DNA of 63,964 nucleotides, counting the filler, from Reticulomyxa filosa (taxonomy: Eukaryota; Protista; Foraminifera), in assembly GCA_000512085.1 (NCBI GenBank). It is 22 parts of 22 records of this genome, joined end to end, with 100 filler letters (N's around TTAATTAATTAA, not from the genome) between each part and the next. Parts side by side here need not be neighbours in the genome. Positions count along the whole stretch, not along the records: positions 10,503 to 15,132 come from ASPP01024121.1; positions 15,233 to 20,566 come from ASPP01000272.1; positions 20,667 to 26,744 come from ASPP01026463.1; 19 more parts are not named here. The stretch is one strand, 5' to 3'. Each line of letters opens with the position of its first letter. Within the stretch, counting starts at the first letter, position 1. Both the position numbers and the translations under genes were made by a program. Under the pieces are notes generated by a model. The model had not been told where the DNA came from. It searched no databases and worked only from the letters and a program-made list of their open reading frames with translations. Positions 12,460 to 24,705 of the stretch are shown here, one piece after another.

Positions 12460-14314
12460 ATGCTTGGGGAAAATGAGCAACTTCTTCGTGATGAAGAGAT
12501 GGCAAGACAATTGCAACAAGAAGAACTCGGCGTAGATCATGGATTTAATGACAATGATAATCCTGACATTGTTGCTCCTTTGCTAAACAACAATGACAAT
12601 GCGGCTGTTGGTTCATCGAGGATTATTATTTATTTGTTTATTTGTTTGTTGTTTTGTAGGCGAATAATTGTTTTTTTTTTTCTTTTGCATAAAAAAAAAG
12701 AATTCAAAAATTGTTTAAAATATGTGTACTTAATATGTTGGTTGTTTACCGTTTGGAGACGGGATAGAATCCAAGTCAAGCCCGAGGACAAATCAGAAGG
12801 AATGTGTTGGAGAGTGTTAGTGATGTCGATACTGAATCTCCAAGGATTTTGTTGGGAAGAGTGGTACTAGCACTAATTGAAGTTAAGTACAAAAAAAAAA
12901 AAGAGCAAACAAGGTAACCCCTGAGTACATGGAGAGGGAGGGAACCTTTTTTTGTTTTTAAATTTGAAGAGGTTCCTTTTTTTTTTTGTTTGTTTGTTTT
13001 CGTTTGCACTAGATGATTACAACGACAATAGTGTTATCAATCGGATGGAATGAAAGCTGTGGACAACCGTTAAAATACTGGCTACTGTTCTTCACCGGAA
13101 GACAGTGGATTATTATTCCCTTGCGAGTGTTTCTGTTACGCACTACAACATGATACTTATATTATAAATAAATAAATATATACATATACATATATGTATG
13201 CATATATAATACCTTTGGTTATTTGTTTTGCTTTTATTCGTTTATTTTTTTTTATAATTACAAACTCACTTTTAGATATCGAACTAGAAATAGCACAGAT
13301 ATTGAAACACGTGAAAAAGGAATACAGGTTTTGTATGTATGCGTACTTTTTTTTTTTCCTTCTCTTCCTCCCCCTCCCATAGTGCCCCCCCCCGCTGGAT
13401 GTTGCTTATAAATAAATTTGCAGCTTTGTGTATGTGGGGAAATGATGCCTTTGTGTGAAAGGTCTTGAGGATGATGACACTGCTGACGTTTGTATGCTTT
13501 TTAATCGGACAATCATTCTTATTCACAGGGAAATCTTGTCAAAATAGTTCCCCTGTTATTTGGTATTATTGCTTGGTTATCATTATCATTATTTACATTT
13601 CTTTGGTTCGTTTTTTTTTTCAAAAAAAAAACAACAAAACAAAACAAATTGCTCTCTTCACATTCCCTTTTGCCAATATCATGATACGACAGGCCGTTCC
13701 ATTTTTGATTGTGTTGGGTATTTGCATATGCCTGCCATGTGTGCTAATTGTATTTCGATATTTTGCCGAACCTGAAGGGGCAAACACTGAAATAATCGAT
13801 AATCTGCCGACACGTGTGTTTGAACCTGTTGCTGAAGACAAGACAAAGTTTTTATCTATGCCATAATCGAATATTACTTTTTGCTTTGATTTACATTATA
13901 TACATATATATACACATATACATACATATATGTATATGCATGTATATGTATAGACATATGTCATAAAACAAAATCCTCTTTTTTTTTAAAAAAAAAAAAA
14001 ACAAGAAAAAAAAACAAGATGAAGACGATGCGGATGCAAAAATGGAAGACGCTCATGCTTCTGATGATGACAATGCTCAAGGGTGTGCGGTTTGCATGGC
14101 TGACTATCAAGCAGGGGATATTTTAAACACTTTACCCTGCGGACATGAGTTTCACAAAGACTGTGTGGCCAAGTGGTTGCCTATCAAAAAAATATGCCCA
14201 CTTTGTCGACATGATATCACCAAAAAAGGAAAACCTCTACATGCAAGTGCCAATGCTAACTCCAATAATAATGATGCAAGGAGGGTGGAAGGAGACGCTT
14301 TGGAACAAGCTTAG
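12460..14314 (+). CDS. Multi-pass transmembrane RING-H2 E3 ubiquitin ligase with N-terminal UIM/MIU-like motif
   Basis: RING-H2 CAVC-x15-CGHEFHKDC-x10-CPLC. TM exons end in CICLPCVL...EGANTEIIDNLPT, as in plant-type TM-RING ligases. DEEMARQLQQEE motif near the N-terminus. Confidence 0.9.
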
Positions 14315-14941
14315 ACATGCATTACTTCTCTCATGTTTGTTTGTTGTGTTGGATCCTATCGTTTTTGGAAGTTATCAAAACAACACAAAGTCAAAACAAA
14401 ACATTTAAGCACTGAATATATACGCTTTCAAAAACATGTGAACTTTTTTTTCTTCATGAACACAGCATCAAAATAGTTGTTAATCTTTTAATTTCCAATT
14501 TGTTGAAATGATTATCATGATTCTTCCGAGTTTTACTTTCTAACGAGACCTTACTTGGTTTATGAAATTGCAACAAAATTTAAGTCTTAATAAGACTGCA
14601 AATGGTTTCATTGCAATTTCTTATTGACAAAAAAAAAGCAGTTTGCAACAAGATATTGATTAAATTATGTAAGCAACGCTAACTGTCAAGAGTATGTCCG
14701 CTTGGAGAATTTGTAAACATCAGCTACTGTATCAGCAATATAACAATATATAAAAAGTTTCAATGAGCCTTCATGTCGCTTATATAATATACATGATGAT
14801 ATAGGAATAAATTGGGATATATATTACAAACACCGTCACAATTTTCTTTTTTCATTTTTCTTCATTTAGAAAAAGTTCATTATAAAAAAAGTAAAAATCA
14901 AACCTCAAAATTTTTTTATAAATTAAAACCTTTATTGCAGT

Positions 14942-15132
14942 ATGTCCTTCCATCGAACCTCCAGAAAAACGTGTGCATCTTCAAGACAAATTATTTTGGT
15001 ATGTCCAAAAAAGATGAAGAAAATGCTCGGGCACTGGCAGTACGCAAATTCTCATCGGATATGTTAGCAGTGGCAGATTCCCTTGAAGGCGCACTACGCT
15101 CTTTTAAAAATAAAAATATTGACCTCGATCGT
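14942..15132 (+). pseudogene. grpE: GrpE/Mge1 nucleotide-exchange factor fragment, probably internally deleted and truncated by the contig end
   Basis: SKKDEENARALAVRKFSSDMLAVADSLEGAL matches the GrpE pattern KDxEnAxxFAIxKFAxDLLxVADNLERAL. The preceding LAEMENLR helix is absent. Confidence 0.7.
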
Positions 15133-16827
15133 NNNNNNNNNNNNNNNNNNNNNNNNNNNNNNNNNNNNNNNNNNNNTTAATTAATTAANNNNNNNNNNNN
15201 NNNNNNNNNNNNNNNNNNNNNNNNNNNNNNNNAATATTTCTTTATTTTCAAATAATAACAATAAAAGTATCAGTATTAGTATGATATACACAATAAGTTT
15301 TGGATGATTTGATATACTAATCGAATGTATATAAACATTGATACAAAAATGTAATATTTTCTGGATCAAATAAAAATATTGTTTTTTGTGAATAATGATT
15401 CTTTTTGTTAAATGAAATAATGAACAAAATTTTGATTGTTACTAAAATGCTTATTATATAAATATAATTTTCCTTTTTGTTCTTGTACACAACATAAAGA
15501 TTTTACTTAATTCTGAATTAACAATTATTTTGTGAAATGAGTTGTTTTTGAATCTGAAATTTAAATTTAATGTTTGAAATTGTTTGATTGATAAATAATT
15601 TTGCTTTTTCATTTTTGTATAATTTTTTGAAAAATATTTTAAGAATTGTTCTTTGATTGCAAAAATTAACTATAAAAAAAAAAAAAATTATGCTTAATGT
15701 GACTTATCACATGTAAAAATATTTTTCATTTTTTAATCACAGATAGCTTATGAAACTATATAGTATTATTCTTGAAGTAATCTATTGATATAGGGAGAAG
15801 CCTTGGATGGTCTTTTTACTGGCTTGTGAAGATTAGTTTTTCCCTCCAATTTTCTTCATTTTAATTTTTTTTTCATAATCAATGGATAAATGTTTTTGTG
15901 AAAAAAAGTAATTAAATGTAATATTTATCATTTGTGAACACACTTTGTTTACATAAAAATTATGATTTATTTATTGATGGATATCAAGTAAAAATGGTAA
16001 ATGCAGATTGAGTTAAGTATCTCAATACAGACTGTAAATACTGCTTACAGTGTTAGTTGTCATCTTATGATACTGAGTATTGTGCATAACACCTATTTGT
16101 GTACATGTTGTTATTCAGTACTGTCATTGTTGTAGATACTTCCATATCATTCAAGTATAATGTCAAAAGAAGCCAAGATCTCTTGCTTTCGTGCAAGTTG
16201 ATAGCTAAACAAATATCGTTCAACTTCAAAAAAAGGAGATATTGTCAAAACTGTTGGAAGCGAACGTTCACAAACAATAAAAACAACGACACATCATAAA
16301 AGTTCGACTTCTATTTAATAAGCAGCACTTAAAAAATTAACAAAAATTGTTTGACATGCAATAGCTACAAATAATTTACTATCTTAACTAATATTTATTT
16401 TAAACATAAAAAATATTCCACAATCAGATGTACGCGTTGAGTTTATTTTGTTTAGGGACACGTAGAAGTGAGTTTTAACGAATATACCTTGAAGTTCAAA
16501 AATGCAAAAAAAGTCATTTTGATCAGCTCAAAAAGTAGAACTCAATCCGCGAAATGATGATCCAATAACTCACTCCTACTTACGAGAAAAGTCAATTCTT
16601 TGTCGTTTTCGAAAGGCTTAAAAAAATCTAATTTTTTCACTTATTGCAATTTTTATTAGTGTAGAAATATAGCAAAAGACCAATTTTTTTATAATAAGTT
16701 TACTTACTCAAATTTTGGGGCTCAAGCGTAACACTCACTGACGAAAACGCCTTTCTGAAGGAAAAAAAGGAATCAACAAATTCAAATCAATTTTATTTTT
16801 TGTTATTTCAAACGAACTGCTAAAATC

Positions 16828-18261
16828 ATGGCTTCCAGTGGAGCTTCATCCTTTAGTTCTTTTTTAAAATCTCCAAAGTTATGGCCTGTTGCAGCAGTAG
16901 CAGTAGCAGGAGTGACAGTTGCTGCTGTCTATCACCAGAACAGCAAAAAAGAGACTACCGACCCTCACTCATGTAAGTAGAACACGACATGTTTTTTATC
17001 AAAATTGAAATTAATGTTTTTAAATGAAAAAAAAAGGTGATGGAAGGCTATTCCCAACAATAAAACTGAACGACAAAAAAGAAATCCCAGCGTTGGGATT
17101 TGGGACATGGTGTTTAGGACAAAGAGAGGACCGTACATTTGACAAGAAGGTTATTCACGATGCCATTCAACACGCTGTCAAAATTGGTTTTCGCCACATT
17201 GATTGCGCACAAGACTATTTGAATGAGCGTTAAGAACAAGAAAATTTAGGGGAAAAAACACACTAAAAGAAAAGAGGCGAAGCGAAAGGGACGCCACGTA
17301 TACACTTTTTTTTCTTCCGCACCTTTCATAAACAAATGTCATTGCAACATACTGATAGCAAATTTAAAAAAAGAAGAGAAAAAAAAAAGGATAGAAATTT
17401 TGCAAAACAAAAAAAAAACGTTTTTATGTATTTTATTTTAATAATAAAGATTTGGTTGGAGATGCGTTGAAAGAACTGTTCAACGATAAAGTAGTAAAAC
17501 GTGAAGACTTATTTATAACGAGCAAGCTGAACCAGCCTTACCATTCTGCGAAACATGTGGAATTGGCATTGCAAAAAACGCTGCTGGATTTGGACTTGGA
17601 ATACTTGGACTTGTATTTAATTCATTGGCCAATGGCATTTGATTTTGTCGATTATGGCAAAAATGCGAATCAGCGTGGATGGAATGAAGGAAAATACAAT
17701 CCCTGGGATACGAAAGTGAATCCGCACATATCCATTCAAGAAACGTGGAAAGCGATGGAAGAACTGGTGAAAAAGGGATTTGTCAAATCCATCGGTGTGA
17801 GCAATTTCAATGTCCAACTGCTCCGAGATTTGCTGAGCTATGCAACCATACCCCCAGTTGTCAACCAAGTGGAAAGCCATCCTTATTTGACCCAAAGCGG
17901 TTTGGTCAAATTTTGTGCGGATAATAAGATTGTTGTTGAGGCTTACTCTCCATTGGCAAGCCCTGGACACTACAGTAAAACTGATCCAGTACTGTTGAAC
18001 GATAAAACCTTGATCAAGATTGCCAACAAACATGGTAAAACCCCTGCTCAAGTTGCTTTGAAATGGAACTTAATGAGAGGTGAAAATGTGGTGGTGATTA
18101 CAAAAGCATCCAATCCACAGAGAATTTCCGAAAACCATTCCTTGCTTGATTTTTCGCTCACGGATGATGACATGAAAACGCTTAATTCGTTGAAGGAAAA
18201 CCACCGCTATTTGAGACCTCAGGAATGGTCAGTCACTAAAGGTATTTACTTATTTGATTGA
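16828..18261 (+). CDS. Aldo-keto reductase (AKR1-5 type) with N-terminal hydrophobic anchor; 3 exons (introns 16973-17036 and 17229-17449)
   Basis: Motifs PALGFGTW, GFRHIDCAQDYLNE, REDLFITSKL, YLDLYLIHWP, KSIGVSNF, NQVESHPYL, EAYSPL and KTPAQVALKW. Both introns restore the frame. Confidence 0.95.
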
Positions 18262-18938
18262 ATCATCGTGATTTCCATGCCTATGCATGTGCTCATATAT
18301 TTTTACATCATCATTTTTTTATGTTTACTATTACTGAACAATAAAAAACCGTGAAAATTTTTTTTTCTGTTTTAACCTATTACTTTTTAAATTCAAACGC
18401 AATATTGTTGAGTTGGGACAATATTTGGAATCAATCGAAAAATTTTTTAATTCAAATGCTCAGCAAGTGTAAGCGAAAGCTCCAAAACATTTCTCGATGC
18501 TTTTTTTTAACAACAAAATTAATGTTTATTCCTACTTGACATAAGTCGTAATATCAAAGAAGCATTCGAATAAAGTAGTTCAAACAGGTAATTACGGAAA
18601 GGAGAAACCGGAACGGAAAGTTGTAAAAATACTATTTGACCAAAATGAAATTGTTTAATCGACAACCAAATACTCTAAACAATAAAATGAATGACAATGG
18701 ATAGAACAACACTACAGGTATTAAAAAATTGTTTGTGCATGATGCCAATTGTACATTGCTCATTAACACAATACAAATACTGTTAAACAAAAACACACAC
18801 AAAAGAGTTTTTACTGTCATATTTCTTTATCTTTAACGTTCTCATTTTGTTTTTCTTTCACTTTAACGTTTGCTTACATTGCAAGTTATCTTTTTCTCCT
18901 TTCGACATTTCCGTGACAACGGAGGCATAAAAATTTAT

Positions 18939-20505
18939 TATTTTTCGATGTCCGTTTCTCGCTTAGCTTCGCCTCCATATAAAGTTTTGCTCTTCACTTT
19001 GGAGTGCTGTTGTTTTCTTTTATAAAAAAAAAGAAAAATGTTTACATAGAGATTACAAACTGAAAACAAATACATTTGTAGCAACGACAATAAAAACAAA
19101 AATTACCTTCAGTTGCAGTGGGTTGAGTGACTGGTTCCTCCTGCCGAATTTGAGGTTTACTTTGCCTCCTTCGTGAAAATGGTGTGTCTCTTATAACACA
19201 ATAGACTCGAGTCCCTTGGATTCGTTTCATTTTCCAAGCTAAAGCAGGCCAGACATAATACAACACTTTATTGGAGTTTATATCGCTCCCTGGCATCCTC
19301 TCGTAGTCGTGGCTGCCCAATGGTATTTCGTCTTCACTCTTTTCTTCAGGTTTACAAGTTGACGGCAACAGAGTCACCTTTGGTGATATTAATTGCATCT
19401 CCCAAGTTACTCCACAGCACTCCGCGGCAAACTGTCTCATCATATTCTCATCTCTTTTTTTTTTTTAATACGTGTTTTTAAATTCTTTGCTTTGTTTGAC
19501 TCTTTCCCTCCTCCCTCCCCCTCCTAAACGAAATTAAACTCTGTAGTGAGGACGATAAGTTTGTTCGCGGCATTTTCGAAAATTTGATTGATCTCAGCGC
19601 TGGCGTATTCGGTGATTAAAGCCCTGCGATTACGAAACAAGTAACCTTGCACTAGTTTGTCCAACTCGTGATGTTGGGCCTCTTTGTTCTGTGTTCACCC
19701 CATTCCCCCCCTCCTTAAAAAGGTAAATTTCTCAAAGTGTTTATCAATCCTTTTTTTTTTTCAGGGTCTGTACAATAGGTACAAAAAACGAAGAAATAAT
19801 AATAGTAATAAATTAACTAAGTTTTTAGATACGTAAGGCAAAGATAGGACTTCAGCCAATTGTTGATATTTCTTGTCTTTGCATGCTTCCATGCGACGAT
19901 AGCTGTCAATCAATATGTCCATTAAAGCCTCTTGAATTTTTTGTCGATCGTAGTTTTCATCCCATTCTTTTTGTGCTGTTTGATACGATTGCATTAAATG
20001 GTCTTCGACCTTTATTTGAGTTCGTATGTGTATGTATGAGTGTGGCTCATTTCATGTTTAAAAAAAAAAAAAAAAAGAATAAAAGTACGGGGAGTGCACA
20101 CTTGCACAGTTTGCAATTTCAATAACAACAACATGCCAACAAACACAGACAAAAAAAGCAAGTGTGCATGCCTTGGCTCGTATTCCTGTACGTAATCGTT
20201 CATATTCGTCCACCAACTCGGTTATTCGATGTTCTATGTCAAGTACTCCATGCGAAATTATTTGCATCGTCTTTATTATTATTATTTCATTCCCTTTTCC
20301 TCTCTGTCCCTCTCTTTTTTTTTTTTAAAAAAAAAAAAATTGGAAAAAAAACATACACATACTCGAAATTTTTCGATGGGGATAATAGTTTCTCCTTGAG
20401 CACCTTGCAATAAAACACCGTGGATCATGCTATCTTTGTGCAAAACCTTTTCCACTTGGCTTTGAACGGCGCAGTTATCATCTCCAATTAATGTGACATT
20501 GCATC
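18939..20505 (-). CDS. MIEAP/SPATA18-like (mitochondria-eating protein C-terminal domain) protein; multi-exon, 5' truncated
   Basis: RITELVDEYERLR...IQEALMDILIDSYR...RQFAAECCGVTWEMQLISPKVTL...YERMPGSDINSNKVLYYVWPAL parallels the MIEAP domain (YxxxCxxxxWxMxxxxP ... YYLWPAL). Ends approximate. Confidence 0.65.
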
Positions 20506-21699
20506 CCTTTTTTATCTTTTTATTTGTTTATTTGTATTATCAAAAAAAAAAAAAAAAAAAAAAAAANNNNNNNNNNNNNNNNNNNNNNNNNNNNNNNNNN
20601 NNNNNNNNNNTTAATTAATTAANNNNNNNNNNNNNNNNNNNNNNNNNNNNNNNNNNNNNNNNNNNNTTTGCTGATGCATAAAATATCTAATGCACAAAAA
20701 TTTCTTCTAAATAATCAAACAAACGTTTCGCTCCTGTTTTTAAGTTGATGCATGAGTCAAAAAATAGTCAAATTTTTTTACGACCTATTTGTCAATTATA
20801 GTCCAGTGCATAAAAAAAAGATTTTTTGGTAAATTCTCAAAATTGTTTACGACTAGCTGTATACATACAACGTCTTTTCCTTTTAATCAAATCCTCAAAA
20901 AAAAGTGCTACTATGACGCATACTTCTTCAACAGAAGCACTTTTCGTGCTTCAAAAAAAATCTGTACATTTTTGGATTAGTATACAATAAAAACAGTCTT
21001 AAAAAATATTTTTTGTCGATGATAGAAAACAATTTGCAAAATAATTTTGCAAAGTATGTCTAAAAAAAAATTTGTTTTTTTTAAGTTTTTTGTCTGATCA
21101 AAGTACTTTAATGTCAATCAAACTAAAAAAAATAATGTGACAGAAACATGAAAACGATTTACGTATTTACAACTTCTGCCAACAATGGAAAAAATATACG
21201 TAAAGGTTATGCGGACAAACACGAACGAAATGAAATATTGCTTGAAAGGCTAGACTTGATTCAAAAAAGTTTGTAAAAAAAATTTGAGCGCAGCAGAAAA
21301 TGAATAATTTGTGTGTCAGAATTGATCAGTTATTTATAAGATGTTTATTTGCTTGTAATGTATAACCAACAAAATGCATTTGTGTTGTTATTTCATTCAA
21401 TCATTCACTCTCTTTGATGGAAATACTTGTACATTATTTTTTTTGTATGAAATTTTTTTATTACTTTTTCAAATTTGCTGTGCAGACACTGACGATTTGG
21501 TTTTGTAAACCATTCTTCACTTGAAGAAAGATAATGAGGAAGATTGAGATACATTTAGATGACAATACTGTTGTCATTCAATATCACCGCTTTTTGGATT
21601 TTTGTTTTTTTATTTAAAAATAATAAACAACTGGCTTCTCAATGATGGCGCAATGGACCCCGATTAAAAAATAAAGTACTTATATTTTACTTTTTAATA

Positions 21700-22330
21700 A
21701 AAGAGATTTCCAATGCATTCTTCCACAGTCTTGTAGGGCAAGTCCATACTGTAGATGGTCAAATTCTGAAATCTTTGAGGAGCTTTCAGTGGGCTAAACT
21801 TCTTCACTTCTTCGATGTTTAAAGCTCCAAGGAACATGCGTTAAAGATGTAGGGATCGACATTGCCTTTTACACGCGAGTGGCACGGATGTGTCACTTGC
21901 GTGTAAAGTTGAATGAGACAGAGTCTGTTTTGATCAGATACATTCAACGTGAACATGCTGTTGTTGAAAATGTACTTTTCCATACGCAACTTGAACTTAG
22001 TATTAGGCGTGAGCGTGTTATTGAACACAATTTTGGACTGCACCATGTTGAACGGCAAGTCAATATGAAATGCCAAGCTGTCGAGAGAAGCACGAGACGA
22101 TATGGTTTTATCGTCTGAGCAAATGGTCAGTGGCATGCCAATTGAGAGGGTAATAGTGGCGTTGCTAATGGTATAGCAACCGTTTGAGTACTCAAGTGTT
22201 GCCAAGTCGATAATGAAAGATACTTGCTTCAGATACCCAAAGATGAAACAGACAAAGTACAAAGTGCTCTTGGCAGATATCACCAAAAAAACAAGATCAC
22301 TCTTTTTATTGCACGGACTTACTGGTATGA
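21700..22330 (-). pseudogene. Hypothetical coding-like region, probably frameshifted or degenerate
   Basis: GC-richer 194-aa ORF without a clear ATG start, continuing in another frame (ALNIEEVKKFSPLKAPQRFQ...). No family recognised. Confidence 0.3.
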
Positions 22331-24705
22331 AAAAGCAAACAAAGCTGTCAACCGCAAGAAAACACAGACAAGAGCTTTGCTGGTCTTGAAATTGTAATCT
22401 CAAATTATTTTATTGATTTTAGGTCATTTTAATCGTTTTTGACAAATCATTTTCCAAAATTGCGTTTAAATCAACGGGTTTGTCAAATTTTGTTTGAAAA
22501 AATTATTCAGCCGTGATTTAGTTCAAAAGAAATGAATCCAATTTTTTTTTCAAAGAGTCAGTAATTACAAACAGAATAGTGGATTTATTGTACAAAATCC
22601 TAAAAATAAGACGGCTTTAATACTTTCTCCGAACTATCTTTTGTTTATATTTTCTTCCTTTTCAGCAAATACTTTTTTGAAAATGAATTTGCGTTTATGT
22701 GGCTTCGATGTTTTTTTTTTGGATCAAAAATATAAGATACGTCTTTTTGTTCTGCTTCGCTTGCTTAAAATTTTAAGAAACAATCCTATTTTTCCGGGAA
22801 ACGCTTTTTTACCATTTTAAAGTCTGGTCCCGTAAAATCTTTGCTAAGATACGGATTTAAAAGAAAATATCTTTTATTTTTAGACTTTCACAAGAACAAT
22901 CTTTGGTCTTTCTATTTTTGGAATCACATTTTGCAAATAAAGCAATAATTTGCTCTATAATTTTGCTGAAAAATAAATTTAAAAGCGGGTATTTGCTATC
23001 GTTGTTCAAAATTCTTTTTAAATCCTATAAATAAAAGCAAAAAACACTAGTCCATACTTGACACGACTTAGTGATCAAAGATGTTGTCAAAAATAATAGC
23101 GAAAAAGAGCTGCCATTATTTTTTTCCAAAAAATTGGATATTAAATCCGTCAACAACAAATAACAGATTTGTCTGTGTGAATAAGTTTTTTTAATTTTCA
23201 AATTATCAAAATAACATGTTTAACAATCATTTCGATTTAATTTGAAAAATTGTAATCAAAACGTGACTTTGATATTTGTCTTTGTTCAATGGCATTAGAT
23301 TTGAACGATTAAAAGAATATATAAATCAATACAAAAGGTTGTTTGTTCTTATTTCATCTCTTGTGTTATGTAGTTCAAATAGTTGAAAAAAAATCTACAT
23401 TTGAGTCCGGATTTGCTTTGTTTTTTTTTTGCTGCGAAATTTCTAAAATTTTCACCTTTTTTCACAAAAAAATGTATTAATCAAATGATTCTTGCTCATG
23501 AAGTTACAAATAATACAATGAAATAACAAAACGTCATTTTAAAAATTTATTTCATTTATTGTGCTTGCAAATGATAAAAGGGAATGTAAATTTTATCTAT
23601 GAAAACACATCATTTCCATAATTATTGTTATTTGATACAATTTGTGTGACTTTTTTTTAATCGTTTTGGAATTTTCTAAAAAAGTACAAAAAGAATTCTG
23701 TATAAAGGACTGTACTCTGACATACCAATTTGCGATTTCCTGCTACCTTGCAATATTCTTTTAAAAGAATCAAATGGAACAAAAAAAGTAATAGCTTTGA
23801 GAAATTGAAGTTCACACAGAATTCGAAGCCTAACTTTTTTCTCTAAAAAAAAACACTTGACAGGTTTGTTTAAAAAAACTACAATCCTTTGCAACAAATT
23901 TTTATCAATTGCTTGTATTTGAATTCCTTTTTTGTTGCAAATGAAGAAAATGGTCATTAGTAGCGAATAATTTGCCAAAGGTAATAATACGTTTATTAAT
24001 TTATTCAAAACTAGCATTTGTTCCAATAAAAGAAGTCTTGCATCTCTGGCTGGAATATTCTATGATAACATACTAAATCAGTATAAATAAAATGTACAAA
24101 TGAAAATAATAACAAAAGAAACACAAAGTTATTTGAGCTTTTGTTTAGTCATTTCTAAGTGCTCTTTTGCATGGCGTAATGCACAAAGAAGTAGTTTGTA
24201 GTTTCTAAATTGCCTTGGCTTATCTCATCTAATCTTCTGTTGATGATGCAGTTTTTGTCAAGTTTCTTTCATATTACCATTTTGGAAAAAAAGACAATAG
24301 AAATTGTCAAAATTTTTTGACACCTTTGTCGTATGTTAAAGGTATAGAACTGAGACAAGCTTGACAGTAATGTCAAAAATTGTTAACAAGAAAGGGGAAC
24401 AAGAAAAAAAAAGGGAAAAAGAACTTTTGGAGTTTCGGTCATCAGCGTCTGACTTTGGACAAGTATGCCCTTTCAAGCCTCTATTCGCATCGAAAATAAA
24501 ATTTGTGAAGTGGCACTCACCTCCTCTTCATTGGAAAATCTGATAGCTAGTGACAAACCCGTGAACTCACTTGCTGAATGGAAGAAACTTCATTTCATGG
24601 AAAGTTTTGTATTTGTTTTAAAAAAGAGATACTTTCTTTAAATAAAGAAAATTGGGTTGAAAATGCAAATAATCAAAAAATAATGATGAAGAAACTGATG
24701 AAGAA

